From Lentimicrobiaceae bacterium (lineage in GTDB: Bacteria; Bacteroidota; Bacteroidia; Bacteroidales; JALOCA01), in assembly GCA_023227965.1 (NCBI GenBank), contig JALOCA010000001.1, forward strand, positions 3,490 to 67,489: a DNA stretch of 64,000 bases. The letters run 5' to 3'. Both the position numbers and the translations under genes were made by a program. Shown here piece after piece: positions 36,423 through 48,000 of this stretch. The notes under the pieces were generated by a model. It made no database searches and was not told where the DNA came from. It saw only the letters and a program-made list of their open reading frames with translations. Each line of letters opens with the position of its first letter. Position 1 is the stretch's first letter.

Positions 36423-38528
36423 CTATTTCAGCCATTTATCGAGCCATCCGAAAAAGGTTCGTTGCCACAACACCCCATTCTGTGGGTGAAGAACCCAATG
36501 ATTTTCATTGGGAAAATAAAGCATCTGCGCAGGCACACCTTTGAGAATAGCTGCATTAAATGCACTCATTCCCTGCGTTGAAGATATACGGTAATCTTTT
36601 TCTCCGTGAATTATTAGGATAGGAGTATCCCAATTTTGCACAAAACGATGGGGAGAGCTGGCATAACTGCGTTGTGCCGTTGCATTGGTTTTATCCCAAA
36701 ACGGACCACCAAGGTCCCAGTTTACAAACCACATTTCCTCTGTTTCAAGATACTGGCTTTCGAGGTTAAACATACCATCGTGTGCAATGAATGCTTTAAA
36801 CCGTTTGTTGTGGTTACCCGCAAGCCAATAAACCGAAAAACCACCATAACTTGCACCTACGGCTCCCAATTTATCGCCATTTACAAAAGGTTCTTTTATC
36901 ATGGTATCAATTGCCGAAAGGTAATCTTGCATATTTTGTCCGCCATAGTCTCCACTGATTTGCTCAAGCCATTCTTTGCCAAAGCCGGGTAGCCCGCGAC
37001 GGTTGGGCGCAACAATGATATACCCGTTTGCAGCCATTATCTGGAAGTTCCAGCGATACGACCAAAACTGGCTTACAGTACTTTGTGGTCCGCCTTCGCA
37101 ATACAATAAAGTCGGATATTTTTTCTGGGGATTAAACTGGGGAGGGTAAATTACCCAGGTCAGCATATCTTTATTATCAGTAGTTTTTATCCAGCGTTTT
37201 TCCACTCTTCCCATACTAAGTTGTGAAAGAAGCTCTTTATTGGTAAAAGTGAGCTGGGTTTCTTTGCCATCAGCAGAATTAACCGCGAAGATTTCTGTAG
37301 GCATACTCATGCTTTGTTGCATTCCGATAAGGGTACTTCCTGCAACAGAAACATTCAGATAGTTATGGACTCCGTCGGTGAGTTTTTTAATTTTACCCGA
37401 TTTCAGTTCGAGACGATAAATTTCGTCGGTAGCCTGCCAATCGCTGATAAAATAGATTTGTTTGTTATCATCGCTCCATGCAAGATTATTCGCATTTTGG
37501 TCAAAATTTTTGGAGTAATCCGTCATAGTTTTGGAAGCAAAATCATACACCATTAATCGTTGTTTATCCGACTCATATCCATCACGTTCCATACTTTCCC
37601 ATGCTATTTTTTTCCCATCAGGCGAAAAAACAGGGTTCAGGTCGTAACCATTCATGCCTTCAGTAAGATTTATTGTAGTTTCCGTAGCTAAATTATAGAT
37701 ATAAATATCTGAATTTGTGGAAAGAGCGTATTCCTTTCCCTGTTTTTTCCTGCAGGAATAGGCAATACTTTTTCCATCGGGACTCCAGCAAATCTGCTCC
37801 ATGCCTCCGAAAGGTTTTAAAGGTGATTCCCATGGTTCAAATTTCATAATATCAATACCATCGGTTATCATATTGCCATCTCTTTTAGCATAAAAAATAT
37901 GGGTATAGGTTTCTACCCATTCATCCCAATGTCTGTACATCAAATTATTAATAACTTTCCCGGTGGCTTTATGCAGATCGGGATACAAATCCTGTGTGGA
38001 GAGGCTTGCTTTTACCTCTTTGGTGTAAACAATATTTTTTCCATCCGGAGAATATTTAAAACCTGAAATTCCTCCGTTAATAAAAGTAACTTGTTTAACT
38101 ATACTTCCGTTAGCAAACATTTCATACATCTGCATTTCACCACTTTCGGCGCTCATAAATCCTATTTTTTTCCCATCGGGTGTCCATTGCGGATTGTATT
38201 CGCTTGAAAGAGTAAAGGTAAGTTGATTTTGTATTTTTCCATCAACCGAAACGGTGTATAGGTCGCAGTTGCCTTTGTCCAGAGGGACATCATACCAAGT
38301 AACTCCATACAGTACAGTTGATTTATCGGGAGATACGGTAGCTTCATTCACTCTACCCAACGACCAGAGCACTTCCGGAGTCATCAAATTACTTTTAAGC
38401 CGTAATTGCTTTTTGGTGATAATTTTTTGGGAAACAGGATTATTATTTCCTGAATTTGCCTGGCTAAAACCATATACAGGAATAAGCAGACTAATGGTAA
38501 ACAATGCTATAATTCGTTTCATTCTCAT
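36423..38528 (-). CDS. S9 family serine peptidase (prolyl oligopeptidase/DPP-like) with N-terminal beta-propeller
   Basis: The nucleophile elbow is GASYGGF, the Asp region is IIHGEKDYRI and the His region is FPNENHWV. The N-terminal half has repeated (S/W)PDGK propeller blades, and a signal peptide is present. Confidence 0.85.
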   Translation of the reverse strand: MRMKRIIALFTISLLIPVYGFSQANSGNNNPVSQKIITKKQLRLKSNLMTPEVLWSLGRVNEATVSPDKSTVLYGVTWYDVPLDKGNCDLYTVSVDGKIQNQLTFTLSSEYNPQWTPDGKKIGFMSAESGEMQMYEMFANGSIVKQVTFINGGISGFKYSPDGKNIVYTKEVKASLSTQDLYPDLHKATGKVINNLMYRHWDEWVETYTHIFYAKRDGNMITDGIDIMKFEPWESPLKPFGGMEQICWSPDGKSIAYSCRKKQGKEYALSTNSDIYIYNLATETTINLTEGMNGYDLNPVFSPDGKKIAWESMERDGYESDKQRLMVYDFASKTMTDYSKNFDQNANNLAWSDDNKQIYFISDWQATDEIYRLELKSGKIKKLTDGVHNYLNVSVAGSTLIGMQQSMSMPTEIFAVNSADGKETQLTFTNKELLSQLSMGRVEKRWIKTTDNKDMLTWVIYPPQFNPQKKYPTLLYCEGGPQSTVSQFWSYRWNFQIMAANGYIIVAPNRRGLPGFGKEWLEQISGDYGGQNMQDYLSAIDTMIKEPFVNGDKLGAVGASYGGFSVYWLAGNHNKRFKAFIAHDGMFNLESQYLETEEMWFVNWDLGGPFWDKTNATAQRSYASSPHRFVQNWDTPILIIHGEKDYRISSTQGMSAFNAAILKGVPAQMLYFPNENHWVLHPQNGVLWQRTFFGWLDKWLK

Positions 38529-38882
38529 GTTATTATTTCGGATATTATTAATTTACAAAAGATTAAGAAATGCTAAAAAAGTGGCTAAAAATAACAATTA
38601 TTTTTATGTCTCAAAGGTAAAGACAGAAAAGAAAAGCTCCTGTCCGAATAGGGGACTTTATTTTCCCAAACAAAGAGAATGCTTTTAATTTATAAAATGT
38701 AACATTCACATTTTAAATAAAATATATAATGGCATGTCTATTGCTAAGAAAGAGTAGCCTAATATTATACATTCTTACCAAAAAGGCTTCGGGTATAAAA
38801 AGCAAAAGCACTAAAGAGCATTTATAATTTACAAAGTTTTATAAATAGTTTATTATGAGTAAAAACAGATTACTACAGGAAG

Positions 38883-40544
38883 ATGACAAAAGAAAAAATA
38901 ATTGAGTTAGAGCAGGAAAATGCTCTGTTGAAGGAAAAATTAAAAGAATGCGCTAAAACAGTAGATGCAGTACTGCAATCAAAGCGGGAAGCTGAAAAAG
39001 CCAACCATATCAAGTCAGATTTTCTTGCCATGATGAGCCATGAGATACGAACACCCATGAACGGGGTAATCGGAATGACAAGCCTTCTGCTTGATACCAA
39101 CTTGACTTCCGAACAACGTGATTTTGTGGAAACTATACGCCTAAGCGGTGAAAGCCTGATAACAATTATTAATGAAATTCTCGACTTTTCAAAAATTGAA
39201 TCCGGAAAAATTACTTTTGAAGAAGCACCTTTCGATCTGCGCAGTTGTATTGAAGACTCTCTTGATATTTTTACTCACAACGCCATCGAAAAAAGTCTTG
39301 ACTTGTTGTATCTTATTCAACCAGAAGTTGCACATGCTTTTATAGGCGACAGAACCCGTTTACAGCAGGTGCTGGTTAACCTTATAAGTAATGCTATAAA
39401 ATTTACCGAAAAAGGTGAAGTATTCATTAAGGTAGAAAAACGTAGTGAAAAGGGTGATACACAGGAAATTCTTATTTCGGTCAAAGATACCGGTATCGGG
39501 ATACCACAGGACAAAATAGGCATTCTTTTCGATGCGTTTACACAAGCAGATGTTTCCACCACAAGAAGATACGAAGGTACAGGTTTAGGACTTGCTATTT
39601 CAAAACGCCTTATTAATCTCATGGGAGGAGATATTTGGGTTGAAAGCATTGAAAACGTAGGATCCACCTTTTTTTGTACCTTGCAATTAAAAACTACAGA
39701 ACAAAACAAGCCTCGGCTGTACGTGAAAGGAAAACATCCGGAATTGCAAAATGCAAAGGTGCTGGTTGTTGATGACAATCAAACCAACCTATTGATAATC
39801 AACATTCAACTTGAATCATGGGGAATAATTCCCACCCTTGCAGCCTCTGCCAAAGAAGCACTTTGTATCTTATCAGAAGACGAAACCTTCGATCTTGCTA
39901 TTCTCGATATGCAAATGCCGGAAATGGATGGCGTTGAACTTGCAAAATTGATGAAAAGTCAGATTCAGACACAATCTTTACCGCTCATATTGCTTACCTC
40001 GATGGGTAACCTCGACAGTATACCTAACGGAATTTTCGATGCCAAACTATCGAAACCGATACGTATGTCCACTTTATTTGATTATGTATTAAAAACTATA
40101 TCCAATTCAAAAAACAAAAAAAACAACCCACATTCATTTGAATTTAATAAATGTCTTGCTGCTATGTTACCTATAAAAATTCTCATCGCCGAAGATAATC
40201 TCATTAATCAAAAACTAGTTATTTCCTTACTTGGGAAAATGGGTTACAGGGTTGACGCCGTTTCTAATGGTAAAGAAGCCGTTGAATCGCTGAGGCGACA
40301 ACATTATGATATTGTATTCATGGATATTCAAATGCCTGAAATGAACGGTATTGACGCCACTAAAGCCATACTTGATAATTCAAACGGAAATAATCCAAAT
40401 ATAATAGCCATGACTGCAAACGTAATGCAAGGCGATAAAGAAAAATGCATCGAAGCGGGAATGGTGGATTACTTGAGTAAACCCATACGATTTAATGAAG
40501 TAGAACAAACTCTGATAAAATGGGGAAAAAAGGCAATTAATTAA
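38883..40544 (+). CDS. Hybrid sensor histidine kinase with two receiver domains and no obvious sensor domain
   Basis: The H-box is [11 protein letters not shown], the N box LISNAIKFT and the G boxes DTGIGI and [11 protein letters not shown]1 reads [10 protein letters not shown]...[14 protein letters not shown] and REC2 reads [11 protein letters not shown]...[14 protein letters not shown]...SKP. Only a ~35-aa coiled-coil precedes the H-box, and there is no TM helix. Confidence 0.85.
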   Translation: MTKEKIIELEQENALLKEKLKECAKTVDAVLQSKREAEKANHIKSDFLAMMSHEIRTPMNGVIGMTSLLLDTNLTSEQRDFVETIRLSGESLITIINEILDFSKIESGKITFEEAPFDLRSCIEDSLDIFTHNAIEKSLDLLYLIQPEVAHAFIGDRTRLQQVLVNLISNAIKFTEKGEVFIKVEKRSEKGDTQEILISVKDTGIGIPQDKIGILFDAFTQADVSTTRRYEGTGLGLAISKRLINLMGGDIWVESIENVGSTFFCTLQLKTTEQNKPRLYVKGKHPELQNAKVLVVDDNQTNLLIINIQLESWGIIPTLAASAKEALCILSEDETFDLAILDMQMPEMDGVELAKLMKSQIQTQSLPLILLTSMGNLDSIPNGIFDAKLSKPIRMSTLFDYVLKTISNSKNKKNNPHSFEFNKCLAAMLPIKILIAEDNLINQKLVISLLGKMGYRVDAVSNGKEAVESLRRQHYDIVFMDIQMPEMNGIDATKAILDNSNGNNPNIIAMTANVMQGDKEKCIEAGMVDYLSKPIRFNEVEQTLIKWGKKAIN

Positions 40545-40968
40545 TTAATATGTATTTTATTAATTTTAGAATATTTTTTAAATCATTATTGATTAATTTT
40601 TATTTAAAAAATAATTTTTTCAGGTATTAAGCATTTTTTTATTAATTTTATTCCATCTGAATGAAAAAATATTTTGATGGTATCTATTATAAAAAATGAA
40701 ATACAAAATCATATAATTTCTTTTTCAACAAAGCTTTACAAAGTTAAATTTTCCATTCTGTATGCTGACATATGGAATACTGATTTTGTGGAAAAAACTT
40801 TAGGGTATCTTTCATCCCCATTGCCGAAATCACCGGATTTTGGCAAAAAACATCAACCATTTATACAACAAAGAAAGGGTAAATGCAGCCATTACAATAA
40901 ACGAAAAATTATAACACAAACTGGAGAAAAATTGGTTATATTTTACCCTACCTTATAAAACTGCTATA

Positions 40969-41382
40969 ATGGAACAAGCCGACATTGCTACCCATTCTTC
41001 AGGGACTGGCTCAAACGATGCATCCCTGGTACTTATTGTAGAAGACGATCCTGTAAACAGTTTGTTTTTGCAGTTGGCTCTTAGAAATTCTCATTTAAAA
41101 CTGATTATTGCCAGCACAGGGACCCAGGCAATTGAATTATTTGATAAAAATCCGGGAATCAAACTTATTTTGCTCGATATTAAATTACCGGATATTCCAG
41201 GGTATGATCTATCAAAATATTTTAAAGAAAAACGAAAATATGTTGCTATTATCGCCCAAACAGCTTATGCTTTACCTGGAGATAGAGAAAAAGTATTAGA
41301 CTCAGGATGCGATGACTACATATCAAAACCTATTAAAAAAGAATATCTATTACAATTAGTTGATAGATATATAAATTCCTGA
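40969..41382 (+). CDS. Stand-alone response regulator receiver (CheY-like)
   Basis: The REC fold is indicated by LIVEDDPVNSLF, LILLDIKLPDIPG, AQTAYA and SKP. There is no output domain (137 aa). Confidence 0.8.
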   Translation: MEQADIATHSSGTGSNDASLVLIVEDDPVNSLFLQLALRNSHLKLIIASTGTQAIELFDKNPGIKLILLDIKLPDIPGYDLSKYFKEKRKYVAIIAQTAYALPGDREKVLDSGCDDYISKPIKKEYLLQLVDRYINS

Positions 41383-41388
41383 TTTTTT

Positions 41389-42609
41389 TTATTTTCTTAG
41401 ACTTTTTTCCTGAACAAACAAAAAATTCCTGATCATGTCCAATTCGCTTACAGGAGAAATAGCAAAAGAAAAATTTTTACTGAAATTCAGGTTATGGGGC
41501 GAAAAACACTCGGACATAAAAGCAATCAAGTGTTTCTCATCACATTCCCTACTTTCCATCTGGCGAGCTTTCAGAAACTGCAAAATCCGCAAAGCATCCA
41601 CCTTGTGGCGGCAGGCTTTTACAAACATCTCCTGTGATTTGAAATTTTTACGTAGTGCCTTCCAGATGTCTTCTTCACCAAAAACCTGTTGCAGAAATGG
41701 TGTCATAGGTGTTTCAATATCACCAGTATACAGTAGGGGAAAAGCGTCGTAGGTTTGCTTTACCAGATTAAAAAGCCGGTAATCGTAAACAGGATAACTA
41801 CTCCAATCTCCCCGGCTGCCTTTAATTAAGGCGGGACCTGTTCCGAAAAAAACCCTGTCGGAAAACCGTGCTGCCGGATATACAACATCTTCATTTGCAG
41901 TCAGTATTGTACCATATTTGCAAAGTTTTTGTAGAAAATAAAAATCTTCTCCACTCTTATGCGGAGTAATCCCCATGATGACTCTGTAAGCCCTGACAGT
42001 GCAAGCCATGGCAGAACCCAGCGCCGTAAAAGCATAAGGATTGTTTATTCTTATCAGGTTCAGCAGGTAACAGCGCATATAAATTTCATACCTTAAGATT
42101 GCCCTGTTTATCAATTCATTTTCTGTAAGATGGTGATAATAGGGAACAGCCATGGCTACTGCCGAAGGGTTACGCCGGAAACTATCACCGATACTTTGCA
42201 AGTAGCTGTTTCCAAAAAGCGTATCGCCGTCCATACTCACGATGATGTCTTTTTCACCGGCTAAAGCGGAAGCTGCATCCATTACCACTTTTCTCGCCTG
42301 CCCTACCCCGTAAGCTTTTTCAGTCCAAGCTTTTCCTGGCGAAGAGGCATCAATGAGCCGCACCGGAAATTTGCATTCTTTGTTGACAATGATTTTGTTA
42401 ATTTTTTCAATGGTTTGCTGGTTGTTTTCGCAAATTTGCAACTTGTTTGCATCATTCCACCACCGTTCGGGCTGGTTAACAACAATAATAACAGTAGTTG
42501 CATAGGTTACTTCCTGCTGATTCAGACAGTTGAATAATGCTTCTGTATTTTCCAATTCATCCATCAGAGGGATGGTTACAAAAATTCCGGGTAAGGAAGT
42601 TGAATCCAT
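41389..42609 (-). CDS. Probable GT-A fold glycosyltransferase (GT2-like)
   Basis: The N-terminus IFVTIPLMDELEN and a DxD-like SMDGDTLF resemble GT2 enzymes. The assignment is tentative and the C-terminal ~150 aa are unassigned. Confidence 0.45.
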   Translation of the reverse strand: MDSTSLPGIFVTIPLMDELENTEALFNCLNQQEVTYATTVIIVVNQPERWWNDANKLQICENNQQTIEKINKIIVNKECKFPVRLIDASSPGKAWTEKAYGVGQARKVVMDAASALAGEKDIIVSMDGDTLFGNSYLQSIGDSFRRNPSAVAMAVPYYHHLTENELINRAILRYEIYMRCYLLNLIRINNPYAFTALGSAMACTVRAYRVIMGITPHKSGEDFYFLQKLCKYGTILTANEDVVYPAARFSDRVFFGTGPALIKGSRGDWSSYPVYDYRLFNLVKQTYDAFPLLYTGDIETPMTPFLQQVFGEEDIWKALRKNFKSQEMFVKACRHKVDALRILQFLKARQMESRECDEKHLIAFMSECFSPHNLNFSKNFSFAISPVSELDMIRNFLFVQEKSLRK

Positions 42610-42661
42610 AGCTAACCGTTTTTTTCTTATTTTCGTTGCAAAATTATCAAAATTGAAACGT

Positions 42662-44449
42662 ATGTATTTTCAGGATGTACATTCTTTTTCCCGACCCGAT
42701 CAGGCGGTAATCCGCCACGCATACCTCGAACTGGAAATAAATTTTTCCAAAAAAATAATTGAAGGGAAAGTTATCCATACCATAGAGCAATTTGGCAATA
42801 GTAGATGTATCACTTTTGATACTATGGGAATTCAAATAAAAAAAATATTACTGAACGGGATGGAGCCGGCGTTTTTTTCTTTTGGAGAAGCCAAAGAACA
42901 TTTGGGGACTCCGTTAACCATACAGCTACAACCGGATACCCGTGCAATCACGATAGAATATGCAACGGTTCCTTCGGCAGAAGCGTTACAGTGGCTCGAA
43001 CCAGCACAGACTGAAGGGAAAAATATGCCTTTCCTTTTCACACAATCACAGGCTACTTTAGCTCGTACATGGGTTCCTTGCCAGGATACTCCCGGAGTAC
43101 GTTTTACTTACGAGGCAAGAGTGAAAGTACCTGCCGGGATGCTCGCGCTGATGAGTGCCCGTAACCCCAGACAAATAAACCAGGAAGGCATTTATAATTT
43201 TACAATGGAACATCCTATTCCTTCCTACCTACTTGCACTTGCCTGCGGAGATATTGCCTACAAAACCTTTAGCGAACGCACCGGGGTGTATTGCGAACCA
43301 AATCTTCTCGAAAAAGCAACCTATGAATTTGCCGGGATGGAAGAGATGGTACAGGCAGCAGAAGCACTATATGGTAATTATCGTTGGGAACAGTTTGACG
43401 TTTTAGTGTTACCTCCGAGTTTTCCGTTTGGGGGAATGGAAAATCCACGTCTGACTTTTGCCACTCCTACTTTACTTGCGGGCGACAGGTCGCTGGTAAA
43501 CGTTATTGCCCATGAGCTGGCACATTCATGGTCGGGAAATTTGGTTACCAATGCCACATGGAACGACTTCTGGCTCAACGAAGGGTTTACCGTGTATTTT
43601 GAACGAAGAATCATAGAACATATTGAAGGAAAAGCATATGCAGAAATGCTGGCAAACATTGGCTACCATGAACTACAAAAAACGCTTCTGGAGTTGGGAG
43701 ATAACAGCATTGACACCTGTTTGAAACTGGATTTGCAAGGCAGGAATGCCGACGAAGGTTGTACCCTGATTGCGTATGAAAAAGGATATTTTATGCTTTG
43801 CACCATCGAAAAAGTTATTGGCAGAGATGCTTTCGACAAATTTCTCAACAACTATTTTGCGGAATTTGGCTTTCAATCCATTACTACGGAAGAATTTATT
43901 ACCTATTTTAATACACAAATTATCAAAGATAACTCCACGTTGAAAAGTCGCCTGCAGCTTAAAAAATGGATATACCAGCCGGGTTTACCAGCCGGGTTTA
44001 TACCTCCTGTATCTGCCCGTTTTGGGAAAGTGGAATCGGAACTTCGGCATTGGCTAAACGGGCAAAGCGCATCCTCTCTTGTTACAGCAGGTTGGTCGAG
44101 CCATGAATGGCTACATTTGTTACAATGTATGCCCGAAAGACTGTCGAAAAAACAATTAGATGAGCTTGACCATACTTTTTGTTTTTCTGATTCGGGCAAT
44201 GCGGAAATTCTTGTGTGCTGGCTCGAGTTATGTCTGAAAAATAATTACCTGAAAGTACTAAAGGTTACTGAGGACTTTCTCATGAATGTGGGAAGAAGAA
44301 AGTTTTTACTTCCGCTGTACAAAGCTTTGCTGCAAAACAATGCGACAAGAGAACATGCGGTTTGCATTTATACCAAAGCCCGTGAAAGATACCATTTTGT
44401 TGCTACCAACACTCTTGATAAATTATTGGCTTATAAAGTAAAAGATTAA
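42662..44449 (+). CDS. M1 family metallopeptidase, leukotriene-A4-hydrolase-like aminopeptidase
   Basis: GGMENP, the zinc site VIAHELAHSWSGN and WLNEGFTVYFE are present, with a helical LTA4H-type C-terminal domain. I trimmed the start to MYFQDVHSF, because the track ORF's N-terminal 44 aa overlap the divergent gene. Confidence 0.85.
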   Translation: MYFQDVHSFSRPDQAVIRHAYLELEINFSKKIIEGKVIHTIEQFGNSRCITFDTMGIQIKKILLNGMEPAFFSFGEAKEHLGTPLTIQLQPDTRAITIEYATVPSAEALQWLEPAQTEGKNMPFLFTQSQATLARTWVPCQDTPGVRFTYEARVKVPAGMLALMSARNPRQINQEGIYNFTMEHPIPSYLLALACGDIAYKTFSERTGVYCEPNLLEKATYEFAGMEEMVQAAEALYGNYRWEQFDVLVLPPSFPFGGMENPRLTFATPTLLAGDRSLVNVIAHELAHSWSGNLVTNATWNDFWLNEGFTVYFERRIIEHIEGKAYAEMLANIGYHELQKTLLELGDNSIDTCLKLDLQGRNADEGCTLIAYEKGYFMLCTIEKVIGRDAFDKFLNNYFAEFGFQSITTEEFITYFNTQIIKDNSTLKSRLQLKKWIYQPGLPAGFIPPVSARFGKVESELRHWLNGQSASSLVTAGWSSHEWLHLLQCMPERLSKKQLDELDHTFCFSDSGNAEILVCWLELCLKNNYLKVLKVTEDFLMNVGRRKFLLPLYKALLQNNATREHAVCIYTKARERYHFVATNTLDKLLAYKVKD

Positions 44450-44865
44450 ACTTGTTTTCCGCTTATTTCACCCAGAGTAGTGTTGTTAAACATCTCGTAG
44501 GTATTATCTCTGATTTTCCGGAACATTTTTTTGATTCCACAGACAGTTTCGTCCTTACAGTGCTCGCAGGGTTGGTAATATTTTTCTGACACACATGGTA
44601 ATAAAGCAATGGGCCCTTCAAAATCACGCATTATTTCCGACATTCTAATGTCAAAGGGATTTCTGAGCAAAAAATAGCCTCCTTTTTTCCCCAGTTTACT
44701 TCCCACATATCCCAATTTTTTTAAATCGAGCAAAATCAGTTCCAGAAACCGCTGGGGTATATGCTCACTTCGGGCTATATCGCCAATTAAAATAGGTCCC
44801 CTTCCAAAATCAATAGCTAATTTACTTAATGCCAGTATGGTATATCTTGTTCGTTTTGATAGCAT
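44446..44865 (-). CDS. Rrf2 family transcriptional regulator with Cys-rich putative cluster-binding segment
   Basis: The Rrf2 wHTH is MLSKRTRYTILALSKLA...IARSEHIPQRFLELILLDLKKLGYV. It is followed by PCVSEKYYQPCEHCKDETVC, four Cys with spacing C-x8-C-x2-C-x5-C. Confidence 0.8.
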   Translation of the reverse strand: MLSKRTRYTILALSKLAIDFGRGPILIGDIARSEHIPQRFLELILLDLKKLGYVGSKLGKKGGYFLLRNPFDIRMSEIMRDFEGPIALLPCVSEKYYQPCEHCKDETVCGIKKMFRKIRDNTYEMFNNTTLGEISGKQV

Positions 44866-45067
44866 TATTTTCCTCTTTTTGACATTCAAAATTAAAAATT
44901 ATTTTATTTTTGGGAAAAAAAGATAATCACCTTCTGCAATTTATTAATTTGCTAACCTATTGCAGTAAATTGGTGTTTTTTATAAAAATAGCATTCCTAT
45001 GTCAGGAGATTTTGCGGATGAAGATTGTCAAAATGTGTGTTATCTAATTTTTTAAAAATTATTACGG

Positions 45068-48000
45068 ATGAAAAAAAAATCCCTTTTCTTGCTCACAATT
45101 TTTTTTAGTAGTTCTATACTTTTTGCACAACCAGAAACATTTCCTCCTCTTACGCCAATATCCGCTGCTGATTTGGCAAGATTAAAAAGCATTCCGGAAC
45201 TCCCGGTTACGGATTTTGCTTCCCGTTCAATCCTGTTGCCTGCCATGGTTGATAATTCTACTCAGCCTTATTTTCGTCCTTTGTTTCAGCAGGTAGGTCT
45301 CGAATGTGGGCAGGCTTCAAGTATTGGACTTGGTTTTACTTATGAAATAGATAATGCAAGAAACGTTGCTGCAAATACCACCGCTAACCAATATCCCACA
45401 CATTTTGCCTATAATTTCATCAATAATGGCACCGACAACGGAGTTAGTTACTTCGAAACATTCGAAATTCTGAAACGATGCGGAACTCCTAATGTAGCGG
45501 ATTACGGTGGAATGTCGTACGGGGGTCCTTCGAGATGGATAAGTGGTTATGCAAAGTATTACAATGGTATGCAAAACCGCATTACTGATGTTTATTCGAT
45601 AAAAGTAAATACTTACGAAGGGCTTGAAACGCTAAAAAGCTGGATTTATAACCATCTTGGCAATTCAACAGTTGGCGGAGTGGCAAATTTTTATACTCAA
45701 TATATGAATCCAACGCTTCAATTGCCCGCAGGAACCCCGGAATCCGGAAAATATGTCATTACATCATGGGGTGGAAGCCCTAATCATGGATTGACTATTG
45801 TTGGCTATAACGATTCCATACGTTGGGACTATAATAACGACGGCTTATACACAAACAATATTGATATCAATGGCGATGGTATTGTCAACCTGAAAGACTG
45901 CGAAATTGGCGGAGTAAAAATTGCAAATACCTACGGAGGAATCAATAACTGGGGAAACACCGGTTTCTGCTATATGATGTATAAAACTTTTGCCGAAAAC
46001 CTAGGTAACGGTGGTATCTGGAATAATATTGTTACCATAATTTACGCAAAACCTGTATGTACCCCAAAACTCACCTATAAAATTACGTTGAAGCATACTT
46101 CACGCACAAAGATTAAAGTATCAGCCGGAGTATCTACAGATATTTCAGTAACAGAACCCGATGCAATACTTAACCTTCCCATTTTCGACTTTCAGGGAGG
46201 AGATAAATACATGCAGGGAGGTACTACTGAAGCTGACAAAACCTTAGAGTTTGGCCTTGATGCCACACCCCTCCTGAGTGAAATTGCCTCCGGACAACCG
46301 GCTAAATTTTTCCTTATGGTGCAGGAAGCCGACCCTGATAACTTAGCTACCGGTCAGATTATTGATTGGCAAATTATAGATTATAATAATGGAGGCAATG
46401 CAATAGCCTGTAATTCTATCCCGGCTTTTGTTGAGAATGGAGTAACTACTGCAACAATAAACACAACTCTTAATTTTAATCTTCCGGTAATTACAAATAC
46501 ATCCCTCCCTGTTGCAAACATCAATGAGCCTTATAGTGTTCAAATGTATGTTAGCGGCGGAACAGCCCCTTACAAGTGGAAAAATGCCCATACATATTCC
46601 GAAGATTATTCTACTGTTACATTTCCAATGGTTTCGGATGCTCATTTAACACCGACCAATACTTCTTATGGTTATGCTGCCAAAGAAATTCCATTTTCAT
46701 TTCCTTTTTATGGGAAAAACTATAACAAAGTGTATATGCACGTGGATGGTTACCTGATGTTCGAAGAAAATGATTTCCCATGGACTTTCATAATTTACGA
46801 AAAAACTTTCTTTAAAAATACACGGCATATTGCTCCATACATGTGCAAACCTATCATGACTTCAAATTCGGGTGCTGAAGGATTTTGGTATTCGGGTTGT
46901 GCTGACAGTGTAACTTTTAGATGGAAAGAATATCTGTACAATGCCCAGGGAAGTACAAACCTGAATTATGCTGTATCTCTGTTTCCTTCCGGCAAAATTG
47001 TGTTTTATTACGGAACTGTGCAGGGGCAAAGCTGGGTGAAATGGAACGCAGGAATATCAAATGGGGATGGGGTGAATTTCCATTTTGCCGCCATCACCGA
47101 TTCACTTTCACAACCCACAGAAAATACTAAAATTGAATTTGAACCTTCGCCATTTCCCATTGAAATGAATATAAGTGAAAATGGCATTTTCAGTGGAACG
47201 CCTGTAAATGGTTACCAAAACTATCCTGTAAAGTTTTATGTAAACGATAATAACTTCCTATACGATATTAAAGAGCTTAATTTTGCAACCAAAGGGGTTA
47301 AAATTAATTATATTGTTCATGCTGGAAATGACAGCATCATTGATTTTGGTGAAAGCGTAACTCTTGACGCCGTTTTGCAGAACATAGGAACTGATGCGAT
47401 AAATAATTTATCTCTTAGCGTAAGCAATACCGGTAGTTTTATAAATCTAACAGACAGTACGCAGAATATTGGTAACATGACCTCGGGGCAGATTATCACT
47501 ATTCCGAATGCTATTGCCTTTAATGTTTCGCAGGAAATACCCGATTCCTATGTGGTCAGGCTTCACAATAAGCTAACCTGCACCGGCGATTTATTTGAAA
47601 ACAACTCTTCATTTATTGCGCATGCTCCTGTTCTCGAAGTTGCCGGCTTTACAGTTTACGATGGGAATAACGGAATACTTCAGCCTGGAGAAACTGCAAC
47701 TGTTGGTGTTTTGATTAAAAATAGTGGAGGCAGCAGGGCTAATTACGTGGAAGGTATTCTTTTATCATACGATCCTTTTTTCCAGGTTACACAACCTGCG
47801 GCATCTACAGGGTTTATTCTTCCTGATTCTAGTGTGTTATTTTATTTCGGAATTCATGTTTTGCCATCATGCCCTGTTACGCATCTTGCATTCTGCAATC
47901 TAAATCTTTTTGCCGATCAGAATTACAGCAATGCTGACAGTGTTTTCTTCAATGTAGGAGGAATTATTGAAGACTACGAAACCGGGAATTTTCAGAAATA

